From: a virus
Strand: one strand, 5' to 3'
Virus record (IMG/VR): IMGVR_UViG_3300048587_001155
Location: 1-64,000 of that record
DNA: 64,000 bases
Below the pieces are notes generated by a model that worked only from the letters and a program-made list of their open reading frames with translations, ran no database searches and was not told the origin of the DNA. Positions 27,245 to 36,833 of the stretch are shown here, one piece after another. Each line of letters opens with the position of its first letter. Position 1 is the stretch's first letter. Made by a program: the position numbers and the translations under genes.

Positions 27245-28123
27245 ATGCAATACACTGAGCGAGCGCGTGAATCTGCGGAGGCGATTGTTGAACAGTTCAA
27301 GAATCCCGCGAATCTACCAAAGGCCTTGGCGTCGATTTGGCTCGACATTTCGGACGATCGGCCCTGCGCCAAGTGGTCCTGGAATAACCGGTTTTTGGTC
27401 GCGTTGTTCGGCGGAGGAGATGCGCGAGGCTTTCGCCAGTGGCAGGAAGTAGGGCGCAGCGTGAAGAAGGGGGCGAAGAGTTTCGCCATACTTGCACCGA
27501 AAAAACGGATGATTTCCGTCAAAAATCCGGAGACTGGCGAAGAGGAAAAGCGGGCCATCGTTACCGGGTTTACTCACGTTTCCGTCTTCTCGATCGACAA
27601 CACCGAAGGCGAGCCGTTGCCGGTCAATGAAGAGCACAAGGCCTTTGTGCAATCGTTGCCGTTGCGTGAAGTCGCGGCATCGTGGGGACTCGACGTCGAA
27701 TTGGTGAACGGGAAAGGGAGATTTCAAGGCTACTACTCGTCGAGTCATTCCGTGATTGCCCTTTCGGTATCGAATCTTTCCACGTGGGCCCATGAGCTAA
27801 TGCACGCGGCAGACGATCGGCGCGGCGCTCTTCAGAAGGAAGGGCGTGAAACACTCTCGTACATGGAAGGCGAAATCGTTGCCGAGTTAGGCGCGTCAGT
27901 TCTGCTGTCGATCCTTGGTCAATCTGTTGATGCCGATCTCGGAGGCGCTTGGCGCTACATCACGGCTTACTGTGAGAAGCACAAGCGTGAGCCGATCAGC
28001 GCTTGCTCGATGTTGCTTGATCGTATCTGCGGGGGAGTCGACTTGATCTTGCGGACCGCTGCGGAACTCGCGAGCACTCCGACGGAGGCTAACAACCAAC
28101 AATTCGAGCGAATCGCGGTTTAA
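27245..28123 (+). CDS. ardC: ArdC-like ssDNA-binding antirestriction protein with zincin domain
   Basis: WSWNN, GFRQWQEVGRSVKKGAK, VFSIDNTEG, HELMH, EIVAELGA. Confidence 0.8.
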   Translation: MQYTERARESAEAIVEQFKNPANLPKALASIWLDISDDRPCAKWSWNNRFLVALFGGGDARGFRQWQEVGRSVKKGAKSFAILAPKKRMISVKNPETGEEEKRAIVTGFTHVSVFSIDNTEGEPLPVNEEHKAFVQSLPLREVAASWGLDVELVNGKGRFQGYYSSSHSVIALSVSNLSTWAHELMHAADDRRGALQKEGRETLSYMEGEIVAELGASVLLSILGQSVDADLGGAWRYITAYCEKHKREPISACSMLLDRICGGVDLILRTAAELASTPTEANNQQFERIAV

Positions 28124-28201
28124 CTGACTGGCAGGGCTCAACCGGCCCTCTCATGAAGCGGGCCGGCTAGCCTTGGCAGTTGGTTTATCCGGAGGAATGA
28201 A

Positions 28202-28537
28202 ATGTCTTGGCTCATACAGCGTGACAGATGGAGTGAATACGACGAGGGACTTCATGACGTGTTCACCTTCTTCGGTGATCGTCTCGAAGTCACTTGCCAT
28301 GCTCGGGGTGTTTCGTGTTGGTCGATCGACATCGGCACGAATGGGGAAGTCAACATTTTTTCGCTGAAGGGACGGCACACGTTCTACCGTGACACGCGGC
28401 TGAACAGAGCATGGCGGTTCTATCTTGCTCTGAGGCTTGGCAAACCGCTCATCACGTTCCGATTCGGGGAGGCGCGGAAACGTTATCAGCTGAATTCGGA
28501 AGCGTACGGCTTTAGGCCAATCGTCTCAAAGTCATGA
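28202..28537 (+). CDS. Hypothetical protein
   Basis: GGAGG RBS; in the plus-strand cluster. Confidence 0.5.
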   Translation: MSWLIQRDRWSEYDEGLHDVFTFFGDRLEVTCHARGVSCWSIDIGTNGEVNIFSLKGRHTFYRDTRLNRAWRFYLALRLGKPLITFRFGEARKRYQLNSEAYGFRPIVSKS

Positions 28538-28550
28538 AAGGTGGCGTGAA

Positions 28551-28802
28551 TTGAATCACACAATCGGCCTGACCGGAAAGCAAATCTGCCGACTGATGCG
28601 CAAGCACCATGTCACGATCAAAGCACTATCGAAGCGGATGGGTATCACGATGAAACGCATCCGCCATGTCCGTACCAATGGACTCACCGATTCGCCCAAT
28701 CCCTACCACTACTCATGGAACTGGATCGAAGCAATCACCGGAAAGAATCCGGGCCCACATTGGTGGTATGCGATTGAGTCTGACATCAAGGGCATCAAAT
28801 GA
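28551..28802 (+). CDS. Small HTH-like protein
   Basis: LMRKHHVTIKALSKRMGITMKRIRHVR. Confidence 0.55.
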   Translation: MNHTIGLTGKQICRLMRKHHVTIKALSKRMGITMKRIRHVRTNGLTDSPNPYHYSWNWIEAITGKNPGPHWWYAIESDIKGIK

Positions 28803-28860
28803 CCTGGATGCCAAATGACTGTGACACTTACCAATGAAGAGAAAGCGTGAGGTAATCCAC

Positions 28861-30129
28861 ATGGCGAAACCCCGTCGGGGGCGTGAGAAATCATCGCCCC
28901 TTCCGGCACGTCCGAAGGTCTACGGTTACGCGCGAGTGAGCACGTTCCGTCAGACGGGTCGACAATCGATCGATACCCAGCGTGAGCAGCTCAAGCTATT
29001 GGCAGAGCGAAACGGCTTGGGGCCGATCGATCAGATCTTCATCGATGAGGAAGCAAGCGGAGGAACGCCGATCGTCCAACGGCCGGCGGGGCGTGATCTT
29101 TGCTTCCTAGTCTCTCCCGAAGATGTTGTGCTGCTCACCGATCTTGACCGCGCGTTTCGTTCTACGTCGGACGCGCTCGAGACGTTATTGCGTTGGCATG
29201 CCGTCGGGATCCGCGTGATCATCCAATCCCTCGAGGGTTGGGGAACGCTCGACATCAGTACGCCGATCGGGGAGTTCTTTCTCACCGTTCTTGTAGCCGT
29301 GAAGAAGCTGGAACGAAATCAGCGCGTGGCCTTCGTGCAGCAATGCTCGCGCGATGCCATGCTCAAGGCCGAAGCCGAGGGATGGGATTGCACGAGTCGG
29401 CGGTACGCTCCTGTGGGCTTCGACTGGGCTTACCTCGGATCGGACCGCGGGAAGACTCGTCTGGTTCCGAATGAGGACGATCTTGAAAGCATGTCGATCA
29501 TTGGTGTGCTGCGAGCTCAGGGAAGGGCGTACGACCAAATACGTGATGAGATCCTTCCCCAAATCGGGCGTGAGAAGAGACTTCGCGCTATCCGCCGACA
29601 GATCGGCAACAAAAGCATGAATCATCGGCGGTATGAGATCAGACGTCATCAGAACGTGTGGCAATGGCACGCGATGGAAAAGGCCTGCGTGTGGTGTGAA
29701 TCGCACCGTCAGGAACAGGAAGAACTGGCAACTAGGGTTGCATCAAATCACCCGGAATGGGCAAATCGTTGGGGGCTTGGGAACTATGTTCAAGGATTGG
29801 CGACGGAGACGAACGGCAACGATGGAAACGGATTCGCAGGAACCGCGCCGCCACATGTTGAAGCGATCGGGGAAGGGGAACCCTCCGCTCGTTTTCCAGG
29901 GGATCTTGATTGCCGAAGTGACGGGCCCGAACTACTCGGACGCGAAACGCTGGCACGATCTGCGCCTCTACCGAACGGTGAATCAACGGTATGTGGTGGA
30001 GATTGTGTTGGTGAAGGCAATTGCGGGCCAAAAGAGCCATCACTCGGCCGTGATGGTCGAGGATCTGACGGAGGCGAGGGAAGCCTTTTATTCTCACGAT
30101 CCAATGCAAGGGATCGATTTCCCCAATAA
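28861..30129 (+). CDS. Serine recombinase (resolvase-type catalytic domain plus extension)
   Basis: VYGYARVST, DEEASG, DLDRAFRS; C-terminal ~100 aa low-complexity and overlapping the next ORF. Confidence 0.82.
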   Translation: MAKPRRGREKSSPLPARPKVYGYARVSTFRQTGRQSIDTQREQLKLLAERNGLGPIDQIFIDEEASGGTPIVQRPAGRDLCFLVSPEDVVLLTDLDRAFRSTSDALETLLRWHAVGIRVIIQSLEGWGTLDISTPIGEFFLTVLVAVKKLERNQRVAFVQQCSRDAMLKAEAEGWDCTSRRYAPVGFDWAYLGSDRGKTRLVPNEDDLESMSIIGVLRAQGRAYDQIRDEILPQIGREKRLRAIRRQIGNKSMNHRRYEIRRHQNVWQWHAMEKACVWCESHRQEQEELATRVASNHPEWANRWGLGNYVQGLATETNGNDGNGFAGTAPPHVEAIGEGEPSARFPGDLDCRSDGPELLGRETLARSAPLPNGESTVCGGDCVGEGNCGPKEPSLGRDGRGSDGGEGSLLFSRSNARDRFPQ

Positions 30130-30229
30130 GCCTAGCTTTGAGCAACGTTCGAAGAAGCTTGCCGAAGCTTTGGGCCCGGTTTATCGTGAACGTGTCGATA
30201 TGTTGTTCAAGTCGATTATTTCCTCGTAG
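29822..30229 (+). CDS. Hypothetical phage protein (RWxxLRLYRT motif)
   Basis: PLVFQGILIAEV...RWHDLRLYRTVNQRYVV looks like a folded phage protein. Confidence 0.55.
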   Translation: METDSQEPRRHMLKRSGKGNPPLVFQGILIAEVTGPNYSDAKRWHDLRLYRTVNQRYVVEIVLVKAIAGQKSHHSAVMVEDLTEAREAFYSHDPMQGIDFPNKPSFEQRSKKLAEALGPVYRERVDMLFKSIISS

Positions 30230-30239
30230 GAGTTAACTC

Positions 30240-30464
30240 ATGTCCGATAAAGATTTCGTCAAATCGATCTACCCAAAGGCTGAGGCCCATCAAACTAAAG
30301 AAACCAAAGAGATCGGTCGAAGAGAAGCCAAGTGGCCTGAGCATTGGGATATTTTCGATGGCCAAAGACATCACGGGCAACAGCCGCTAGGAACAGGCAC
30401 CACCGAAGCGGCCGCGTGGAAAGATGCTGCTGACAAGATCCGCGCGACACAGCCGCGTCAATAA
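30240..30464 (+). CDS. Small hypothetical protein
   Basis: AGGAG RBS; LGTGTTEAAAWKDAA motif. Confidence 0.6.
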   Translation: MSDKDFVKSIYPKAEAHQTKETKEIGRREAKWPEHWDIFDGQRHHGQQPLGTGTTEAAAWKDAADKIRATQPRQ

Positions 30465-30964
30465 CCCATCCCTGGAAGCATTCCCGGCCGTTGCTGCCCC
30501 ATCATCCCTGGGGGCAGCATATTCCCCATTCCTGGCGGCATCATCGGCAACTGGATCCCGGGCGGCAGCTGCTGGCCAAAGGGAGATGTCGGCATGTCCA
30601 TCTGCGGCGGAGCAGGCAGTTGTGATCCACCCCGCGCGATCCGTTCCGCGAGGGGATTTCTCCCCTGCATGGCGAGTGGTTGCATTCCCGTCGCGAGGAG
30701 CTGCTTGATCGAATCCGTGGGAGAGGATGGTTGCGCGCCGGGACCGAATCCCATTCCAGCGACCAGCGATTGCGGATTATTCGCCGCACCCGTCAGTCGA
30801 TCGACAAGAGGATTCCCCGTGGGAGCCATCGGGTCAGGCGACCAACCCGACTTCACAGGAATCGGCGATTCCACGTAATCCGGCGTCTCACCACAACCAC
30901 AGTTGTCGCTCATCGGTCCGCTTAAGGGACCGCCACTCGTCATTCCTGGACTCGGCTGCATCAT
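30458..30964 (-). CDS. Pro/Gly/Met-rich protein, last gene of the late operon
   Basis: ATGA-coupled to the 1176-aa gene. Confidence 0.5.
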   Translation of the reverse strand: MMQPSPGMTSGGPLSGPMSDNCGCGETPDYVESPIPVKSGWSPDPMAPTGNPLVDRLTGAANNPQSLVAGMGFGPGAQPSSPTDSIKQLLATGMQPLAMQGRNPLAERIARGGSQLPAPPQMDMPTSPFGQQLPPGIQLPMMPPGMGNMLPPGMMGQQRPGMLPGMGY

Positions 30965-33900
30965 TTTCTGGCCTCGGCTTTCTGCTTAGCTTCACGCTTA
31001 CGTGCCGCCTGAGTGTAATAGAGACGCATCAGAATTTGTTCCTCAGGCGTCAACGGTCCCGCAGCCTGATTCGGGTAGAAGTTCTCGAAACTTCGAATTC
31101 GTGGAGATTGGTTCAGAACTGTTCGAAGCGCGTCCTCGGCATCTCTTCTGGCCACGTCCATCGGTACGTCAGAGATGTGGATACCCGTTCCGAAGTTGAG
31201 GAGATGATCAGTTGCTGTCTTGCGCGGGTCGACAGCCTGACGATAAGCCGTCACGAATCGTGAGACTGGCGTATTCATCAAGATTTGATCGAACGGCTGG
31301 TATCCCGTCATCGAATACATCTTGTCCAGCGGTCGACCGAAGAAGAATGAGCGGTTGGCGAGCTGCTCGAGAAGTCCCTTAACCTCGGGGCGAATGGTTC
31401 CGAGCCAGCTCTCGGCCGTGCGACGAAGTCCCTCGCCGACCGTCGGTCCGAATTGGAATCGTTCGAACGGTTCTTCGAAGGGGAGACCGAGCGACGTAAT
31501 GTACTTCCGCGCGCCATTGCTTTCTGAACCAAGAGGGATGTTAGTCTTCTCCCTGATGTATCCCGGAGTAAAGCTCTGTTGCTCGCCCGTGTTAGGCTGG
31601 TTGGCCGCGCGAATGGACTTCCCGAGGAACCCGCCCGGGTTCTCGAGTAACTCTGAAGCGACGAGCTGCAGGTTGTTTTTCATGAAGCTGAAGAATGGGA
31701 TCATTCTCTTCATCACGTTGCGTTCGGCCCACGTGTAGGCCTCGGGCCGATAATCGAACTGCCATCGCTTGACCGAGAGTGCCGCTTCCTCTGGGGAGTA
31801 TCCTTGCCTTAACGCCTCGATGAAGTGGCTCAGCCGGTTGAAGTCTTCCACGTTCTGCCCGATCGAGCCGCCGGCGTTCAATGCTCGGCCGACGACGTTC
31901 CGTTCCGCGGAATCAATCGCGCTTCGAACCATGCCGGCATTCGCGGGAAGCTTTGACTCCGGCGTTTCCATGAATGCCCGAGCCGGTCGGCCGAAGAGTA
32001 GATCCGTTCCGCTCGTCGGCACAACCTGGCTTGTCACCACGCCTGGCTGAATCGGCGCCTGTCCGGCCGCTCCAGTGATGGGAGCCGCCTGCGTCATATC
32101 CGGTGTTGGGACTGGCAATGGTTGAGGCGTTGACGCCACGCTTGGCCGTGCGATGTCCGGCGCCTGCGTCAGTTCCGACACGTAGTTGGAGGCACGAAGA
32201 GCGCCGCCACCGTGGGCGAGCTCTCGTATCTTCGCTGTGTCCAGAATCTGACCATTGGGGAGTCGGAGAGTTACGGGCTGTCCAGCCATGACGCTGAAGG
32301 CATCACTCAGACTTTGCTGAGAAAGCTTCCGGGCGGCCATGTTGTAGAACATGCCGCTCATCAGGTTCCGCGAATGGAAAGAAGGCCAAGGAACCGTTGT
32401 CAGGCCTTTAAACCTGTTTTGCCAATAATCGAAGGCGTCCAGTAATCCCGAGTGCGCATCACGCGAGTTGATCGCCTTGATGTAGCCAGCGATGTCGTCC
32501 GCGTACTGGCGAGGGATGAACCATCCGGATAGATCGACTTGCCCGAGATTGCCACCACGCTGCTGATTGATCTTCGCCCCGATCGCGCTGGCCGCGAGCC
32601 CTCCCTTCGAGGTATCGAAGCCGAGGGGGCCGAGCCCCGGCATGATGTCGGCCACAGACACATCGTCGAGTGAGGTTTGAACCGGCTTGGCGACGCGCGA
32701 GACGAGCTCGAGCAGGTTATCCGCCTGAGCCATCTTCCGTTCCGCTGACCTCACGCCGAGGAAGAAGTCGACCGCGGGGTGAGCATTGAAGAGATCCTTG
32801 CCGGTATCGGCATAGTCGGCCGGCAGCCCTCGGAGCCAGTTGAACAACTCTAAGGCGTGATCGTAATTCGACTTGCCATCCCGCCAAGTGGTCCCTCGCG
32901 CGAGAGCTTCATCCGGGAAGCCGAGATAATCATTCAGGATGGTTCGAATCGCGTCGGCATCATCAACGATCGATCCTGGACGAATAGGCCCGCTGATTCG
33001 AACGTCCCGGACCATGTCGTTGATGGCTTCACGGCCGAGCGGAATGTCCTTCAAGAAGGGAACGCGCGCGAAGTCCTGGGCGAGCCGGCTCATCGGTTGC
33101 ATCGTCGCCGTGACGATCGTGTTCATCTCCTTCGGATCGTCATAAACGTGGCGAGGTAGGTACGCCAGGAAGTTGTCGGCCAGCGCGTTCTTATCGATGC
33201 CCACCTGTTGAAACGCCGGCACGTAATAGTTCATCGCATGATTCATCGTCTTGCCGACTTCAGCCGCGCGAATCATCTTGGGGATCTCGGCGCCAACATC
33301 ATTGGGAATCAACCGCTTGCCCGTCTGATCGGTGGGGAAGAGAATTGCCAGCTTGGGGTTCTGTCCGATCTCCGCATCGAGAGAAGACATGCCCGACGCC
33401 ACACGAGTGAGGGCGTCGAGTTCCTGTTGTTTCAGCGCATCCGTCGCGAATAAGTCCATGGCCCGCTCGACATGGGGTCCGACAAGCTTCTCCGCTTCGA
33501 CGGTCGACAACACTGGATCCGCAATCTTCGCCGTTTGGAACTCGGCTCGGTTCATCGCCGGCTGTGAGATCTCTTGACCGATACGCTGACCCAGTTCGGT
33601 CGACGCATTACCCGCTCCCGCGCTTAGGGTCCGGCGTACCGAATTCGTGATCGGATTATGCGTGATCGTATTCGCGACCGGCTGAAGTACTTTCTCGGCA
33701 AAGCCTTGAGACATGGGCCCGGTACCGAATACGAGGTTATTTCCCGTGAAAGGATTGGTGATTGCCGCTAACCCTCCTTGGCCAGCGGCAATCCGACTCG
33801 CTGTCGTAGGGGCGAGCCTCCCCGTAACCCCCGCCTCCCGCGCCAGCGTCGCCGTGTCTCGACCTGCGATGTTTCCGAGTGCGTCCAGATAGCCAGGTGC

Positions 33901-34491
33901 TTTCAGCACTCCTTGTTTGGCGGCTTGTTGTCCCGCTTCCGTCAGTGCTCGAGCTGGCCCGGTGACCCACGTAAGGGGATCGGTAAGGATTTCCGTACCG
34001 AGTCCCGCGACGTCCCAAAAGGCATCTGTGGGGTTCTTGAATGGATGAAAGCCTTCGACGTTTCGTGTCGCCAGCCCATAACTCTGAAGTAGATCTCTTC
34101 CGCTTGTGCGTTCCCTGGGATCGGTGATTCCTAGCGTGTCGGAGAACGGGATGAGATTGAGGAGTTGATCCGGACGGCCGGTGAGAAGCCCACGAACAGC
34201 GGCGCCCGGCTTGTCGAGCGTTTCGGCCACGTACTGCAGTCCGCCGACGGCAGCACGCCCCACCTGGCCGAGGAGTGAGTCAGCTACCTCTGGTTGGAAC
34301 TTGGGGAACTGCGGACCACTCGGGATGAGTTGGCCTTGAGCGTCGTACCTGGGCCGTTGGCGGCGCAACCGATACGCCTGATCGGAATAGGCCAGGGGAT
34401 TATCGACGAGATCAGGAGCGACAGAGTAGGGGTCGAGATAGTTGAAGTCGTCCACCGGCGGTACCTCGAGAATGCACTTGATTTCGTGCAT
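30961..34491 (-). CDS. Large internal virion/ejection protein
   Basis: 1176 aa at the end of the podovirus module; FHSRN and QFDY...ERNVMKRMIPFFSF C-terminal motifs are typical of ejection/large polyvalent proteins. Confidence 0.65.
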   Translation of the reverse strand: MHEIKCILEVPPVDDFNYLDPYSVAPDLVDNPLAYSDQAYRLRRQRPRYDAQGQLIPSGPQFPKFQPEVADSLLGQVGRAAVGGLQYVAETLDKPGAAVRGLLTGRPDQLLNLIPFSDTLGITDPRERTSGRDLLQSYGLATRNVEGFHPFKNPTDAFWDVAGLGTEILTDPLTWVTGPARALTEAGQQAAKQGVLKAPGYLDALGNIAGRDTATLAREAGVTGRLAPTTASRIAAGQGGLAAITNPFTGNNLVFGTGPMSQGFAEKVLQPVANTITHNPITNSVRRTLSAGAGNASTELGQRIGQEISQPAMNRAEFQTAKIADPVLSTVEAEKLVGPHVERAMDLFATDALKQQELDALTRVASGMSSLDAEIGQNPKLAILFPTDQTGKRLIPNDVGAEIPKMIRAAEVGKTMNHAMNYYVPAFQQVGIDKNALADNFLAYLPRHVYDDPKEMNTIVTATMQPMSRLAQDFARVPFLKDIPLGREAINDMVRDVRISGPIRPGSIVDDADAIRTILNDYLGFPDEALARGTTWRDGKSNYDHALELFNWLRGLPADYADTGKDLFNAHPAVDFFLGVRSAERKMAQADNLLELVSRVAKPVQTSLDDVSVADIMPGLGPLGFDTSKGGLAASAIGAKINQQRGGNLGQVDLSGWFIPRQYADDIAGYIKAINSRDAHSGLLDAFDYWQNRFKGLTTVPWPSFHSRNLMSGMFYNMAARKLSQQSLSDAFSVMAGQPVTLRLPNGQILDTAKIRELAHGGGALRASNYVSELTQAPDIARPSVASTPQPLPVPTPDMTQAAPITGAAGQAPIQPGVVTSQVVPTSGTDLLFGRPARAFMETPESKLPANAGMVRSAIDSAERNVVGRALNAGGSIGQNVEDFNRLSHFIEALRQGYSPEEAALSVKRWQFDYRPEAYTWAERNVMKRMIPFFSFMKNNLQLVASELLENPGGFLGKSIRAANQPNTGEQQSFTPGYIREKTNIPLGSESNGARKYITSLGLPFEEPFERFQFGPTVGEGLRRTAESWLGTIRPEVKGLLEQLANRSFFFGRPLDKMYSMTGYQPFDQILMNTPVSRFVTAYRQAVDPRKTATDHLLNFGTGIHISDVPMDVARRDAEDALRTVLNQSPRIRSFENFYPNQAAGPLTPEEQILMRLYYTQAARKREAKQKAEARK

Positions 34492-34541
34492 TGGAACCGC
34501 CGGCCATCAGAAAGGACAAGGGGAGGCTCAGTCCGAAGGTG

Positions 34542-34841
34542 TTACCTTTGACAGACGGGCAGTGAATCCAGATTGTTGTCCCACTTATTATCGCTGGCGG
34601 ACCGAAGAGTCGGCTTGCCGCATTTATTGCACTGGTACTTATAGACGTTCGCTCGCTTACCTGATGAAGGGCTGATCGTGTAGAACTTATTCCCTAAATC
34701 CATCGACACATAGACCTCACTGACCGTCCACAATCGCGAATAGCCTTGCTGATCTCCAGTCCCGACATTTACGATGTGCGCGCTTTCGAGAGGGTTACAA
34801 GTCGGCGACTGCAAGGTGCAGACGATTCGATACTCTGCCAT
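34542..34841 (-). CDS. DUF3892-like protein
   Basis: C-terminal LRSASDNKWDNNLDSLP signature. Confidence 0.7.
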   Translation of the reverse strand: MAEYRIVCTLQSPTCNPLESAHIVNVGTGDQQGYSRLWTVSEVYVSMDLGNKFYTISPSSGKRANVYKYQCNKCGKPTLRSASDNKWDNNLDSLPVCQR

Positions 34842-34877
34842 GGCGATGGCATCCCTTCATTTTTAGGAGGTTTCATA

Positions 34878-35087
34878 ATGGCTGAAGTCGATGAGCTACG
34901 TGAGGAGAATCGGAAACAGATGTTCGAGGCGAGAGAGATTCTGCAAGGACTTCAGAAACAAATCGATGAAGCGATCTGCATAATCGGAACCTTCCTCAAC
35001 AACAACCCAACAACGAAGAGACTGGGCCCATCGCCATCATTCTTTACGCCCCCGGTGGGCTATGAAGAACCTGCTCAGTCGTCGTGA
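34878..35087 (+). CDS. Small hypothetical protein
   Basis: AGGAGG RBS; coiled-coil-like. Confidence 0.5.
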   Translation: MAEVDELREENRKQMFEAREILQGLQKQIDEAICIIGTFLNNNPTTKRLGPSPSFFTPPVGYEEPAQSS

Positions 35088-35401
35088 CGGTGCCGGTCGT
35101 ACAGCAAAGGCCGCTGATAATAATCCCACTCGCGCTGTTGGTTCGCGTCATAAAGCTCAGCACCGATGTACTGAAGTTGGCGTTCCACGGCGCGATGATG
35201 GCGTTCCAGTTCTACTTGGGCATCGCTCTTTTCTGATGACAGGAAGGGAAGCCGTCTTGACCAACGAAAGGGCATGGGCGAATTGACCAGCCAATAGATG
35301 CCGATTCCGGCGACAATCACGACCACGTAAAAGGCAACGTAACGAAAGAAGCTTTTGAATGCTTCGGTGCCCTTATGATCCTCATCACTATTTTGAGACA
35401 T
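35075..35401 (-). CDS. Small single-pass membrane protein
   Basis: GGAGG RBS; TM segment YVAFYVVVIVAGIGIYWLV. Confidence 0.55.
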   Translation of the reverse strand: MSQNSDEDHKGTEAFKSFFRYVAFYVVVIVAGIGIYWLVNSPMPFRWSRRLPFLSSEKSDAQVELERHHRAVERQLQYIGAELYDANQQREWDYYQRPLLYDRHRHDD

Positions 35402-35461
35402 ATGCCCTCCTAAGTGAGGAGAGCACAAGTCCGCTACTGAGTCAAGCTAGGAGGCTTGCGA

Positions 35462-36790
35462 TCACCAGCCGCCCATCAGAATGCTATCGGCGATTCCCTT
35501 CATGGCTTCGTCGCGGCGTTGCTGATGCATCTGCTGATTTTGATCATAGCCCTTTTGATACCTGCTACGGAGAGTGTCAGAGTCAATCACACCCGATCTG
35601 AGTGAATCGAGCCATCCTCGCAGGCCCGCCTGTGCAGATGGAGTCCACAAGATTCCTTCTGGTACCTGAACCGGATTCCCCGACTTCTCACGAGCTCGAA
35701 TGAATTGCGACAGGATTGCAAGATCAGACTCGTTTAATTTCCCATCGATCCACTTCTGGTACGCGGAATAGAGATCGTTCGTATCGAACTCTTCGGGTTG
35801 CCGCTTATCAAGCAGCTCTACCATCGTCGGACGCTGTGAGAGATTCGCCGCCATTATTTTGGCAGCACCGCGTTTGCTCGCCTCCGAAAGCGTGGGGTCG
35901 TCTTCTGGTAATGGCGGCGCCGTTCCTCGACCTCCGCCGCCGAACTGTTGAATGATTCGCGCTGCCCCCTCCATCGCCATCTCTGGAGGTACGCCACGAT
36001 TGATCATTGTCATCGCCATCATTTGGGGTGACTGAGCGAATCGGAATTGATTAGCATCCGTGACCGCCTGCTGCATCTGAATCGGCCGATCGCCCGCTCC
36101 CTCGAGCGCTTGCCGTACCACTTGTGGATTGGCCTGCGTTCTCGGAACCGCTCGATAGAACGCGGCGCTCGTTCCGTCATTCGCTCCACCGAATCCGCTG
36201 AACTGATGGGGAGTCAGTCCGTGCAACCGTGCTTGCCGCTGTTGAAGCGTCTGACTCCGAATCTGATCCATCATCGCACCGCGCACGAAACGCTCTTCAT
36301 CGCTCATCCCGTCCCATCGCTGGAACTCTGGATCCGCCATCAAGTCGCCCGGCGCACGGAACGCGAAATGACGCGCATTCGTTCCGGGCATCTGGCTCAT
36401 GACGTCTTGAACGTGCTGAAGATCCTTCCAATCCGCCGGAGACATATTGGTGAGATCGGTAGGGGACTCCTGCCCGGGAACCGACTGTTTATCTGCGACA
36501 GCGACGACGACAGGTTCCTCTCGATCCGTCGAATGAACCGGAGGAGATGACTTACCCCCGAGCATGTCATTGAGTGCCGCCACAGACTCGCCGGGGTTGA
36601 ACTGTTTGGACGAACCCTCACGAGGAGGAATCACGTACGGCTCACCGTTCGCCGTACCTCGAGGTAAATTCCCCGCTCGTGGTATCTCGGGACTGAGTCC
36701 GGGAATGAAGTACGGTTCTCCGTTGGCGGTTCCTCTCGGAAGCCCGCCACGTGTTCGTTCGTCCTTCTTGCGATCGACAGAGACGCCCAT
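35462..36790 (-). CDS. Putative internal virion/ejection protein
   Basis: Position in the module; internal duplication LPRGTANGEPY(F/V)IP. Confidence 0.55.
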   Translation of the reverse strand: MGVSVDRKKDERTRGGLPRGTANGEPYFIPGLSPEIPRAGNLPRGTANGEPYVIPPREGSSKQFNPGESVAALNDMLGGKSSPPVHSTDREEPVVVAVADKQSVPGQESPTDLTNMSPADWKDLQHVQDVMSQMPGTNARHFAFRAPGDLMADPEFQRWDGMSDEERFVRGAMMDQIRSQTLQQRQARLHGLTPHQFSGFGGANDGTSAAFYRAVPRTQANPQVVRQALEGAGDRPIQMQQAVTDANQFRFAQSPQMMAMTMINRGVPPEMAMEGAARIIQQFGGGGRGTAPPLPEDDPTLSEASKRGAAKIMAANLSQRPTMVELLDKRQPEEFDTNDLYSAYQKWIDGKLNESDLAILSQFIRAREKSGNPVQVPEGILWTPSAQAGLRGWLDSLRSGVIDSDTLRSRYQKGYDQNQQMHQQRRDEAMKGIADSILMGGW

Positions 36791-36833
36791 CGTTACACCC
36801 TCTGACTCAACCACTCGTTCCGAAGATCACTGA

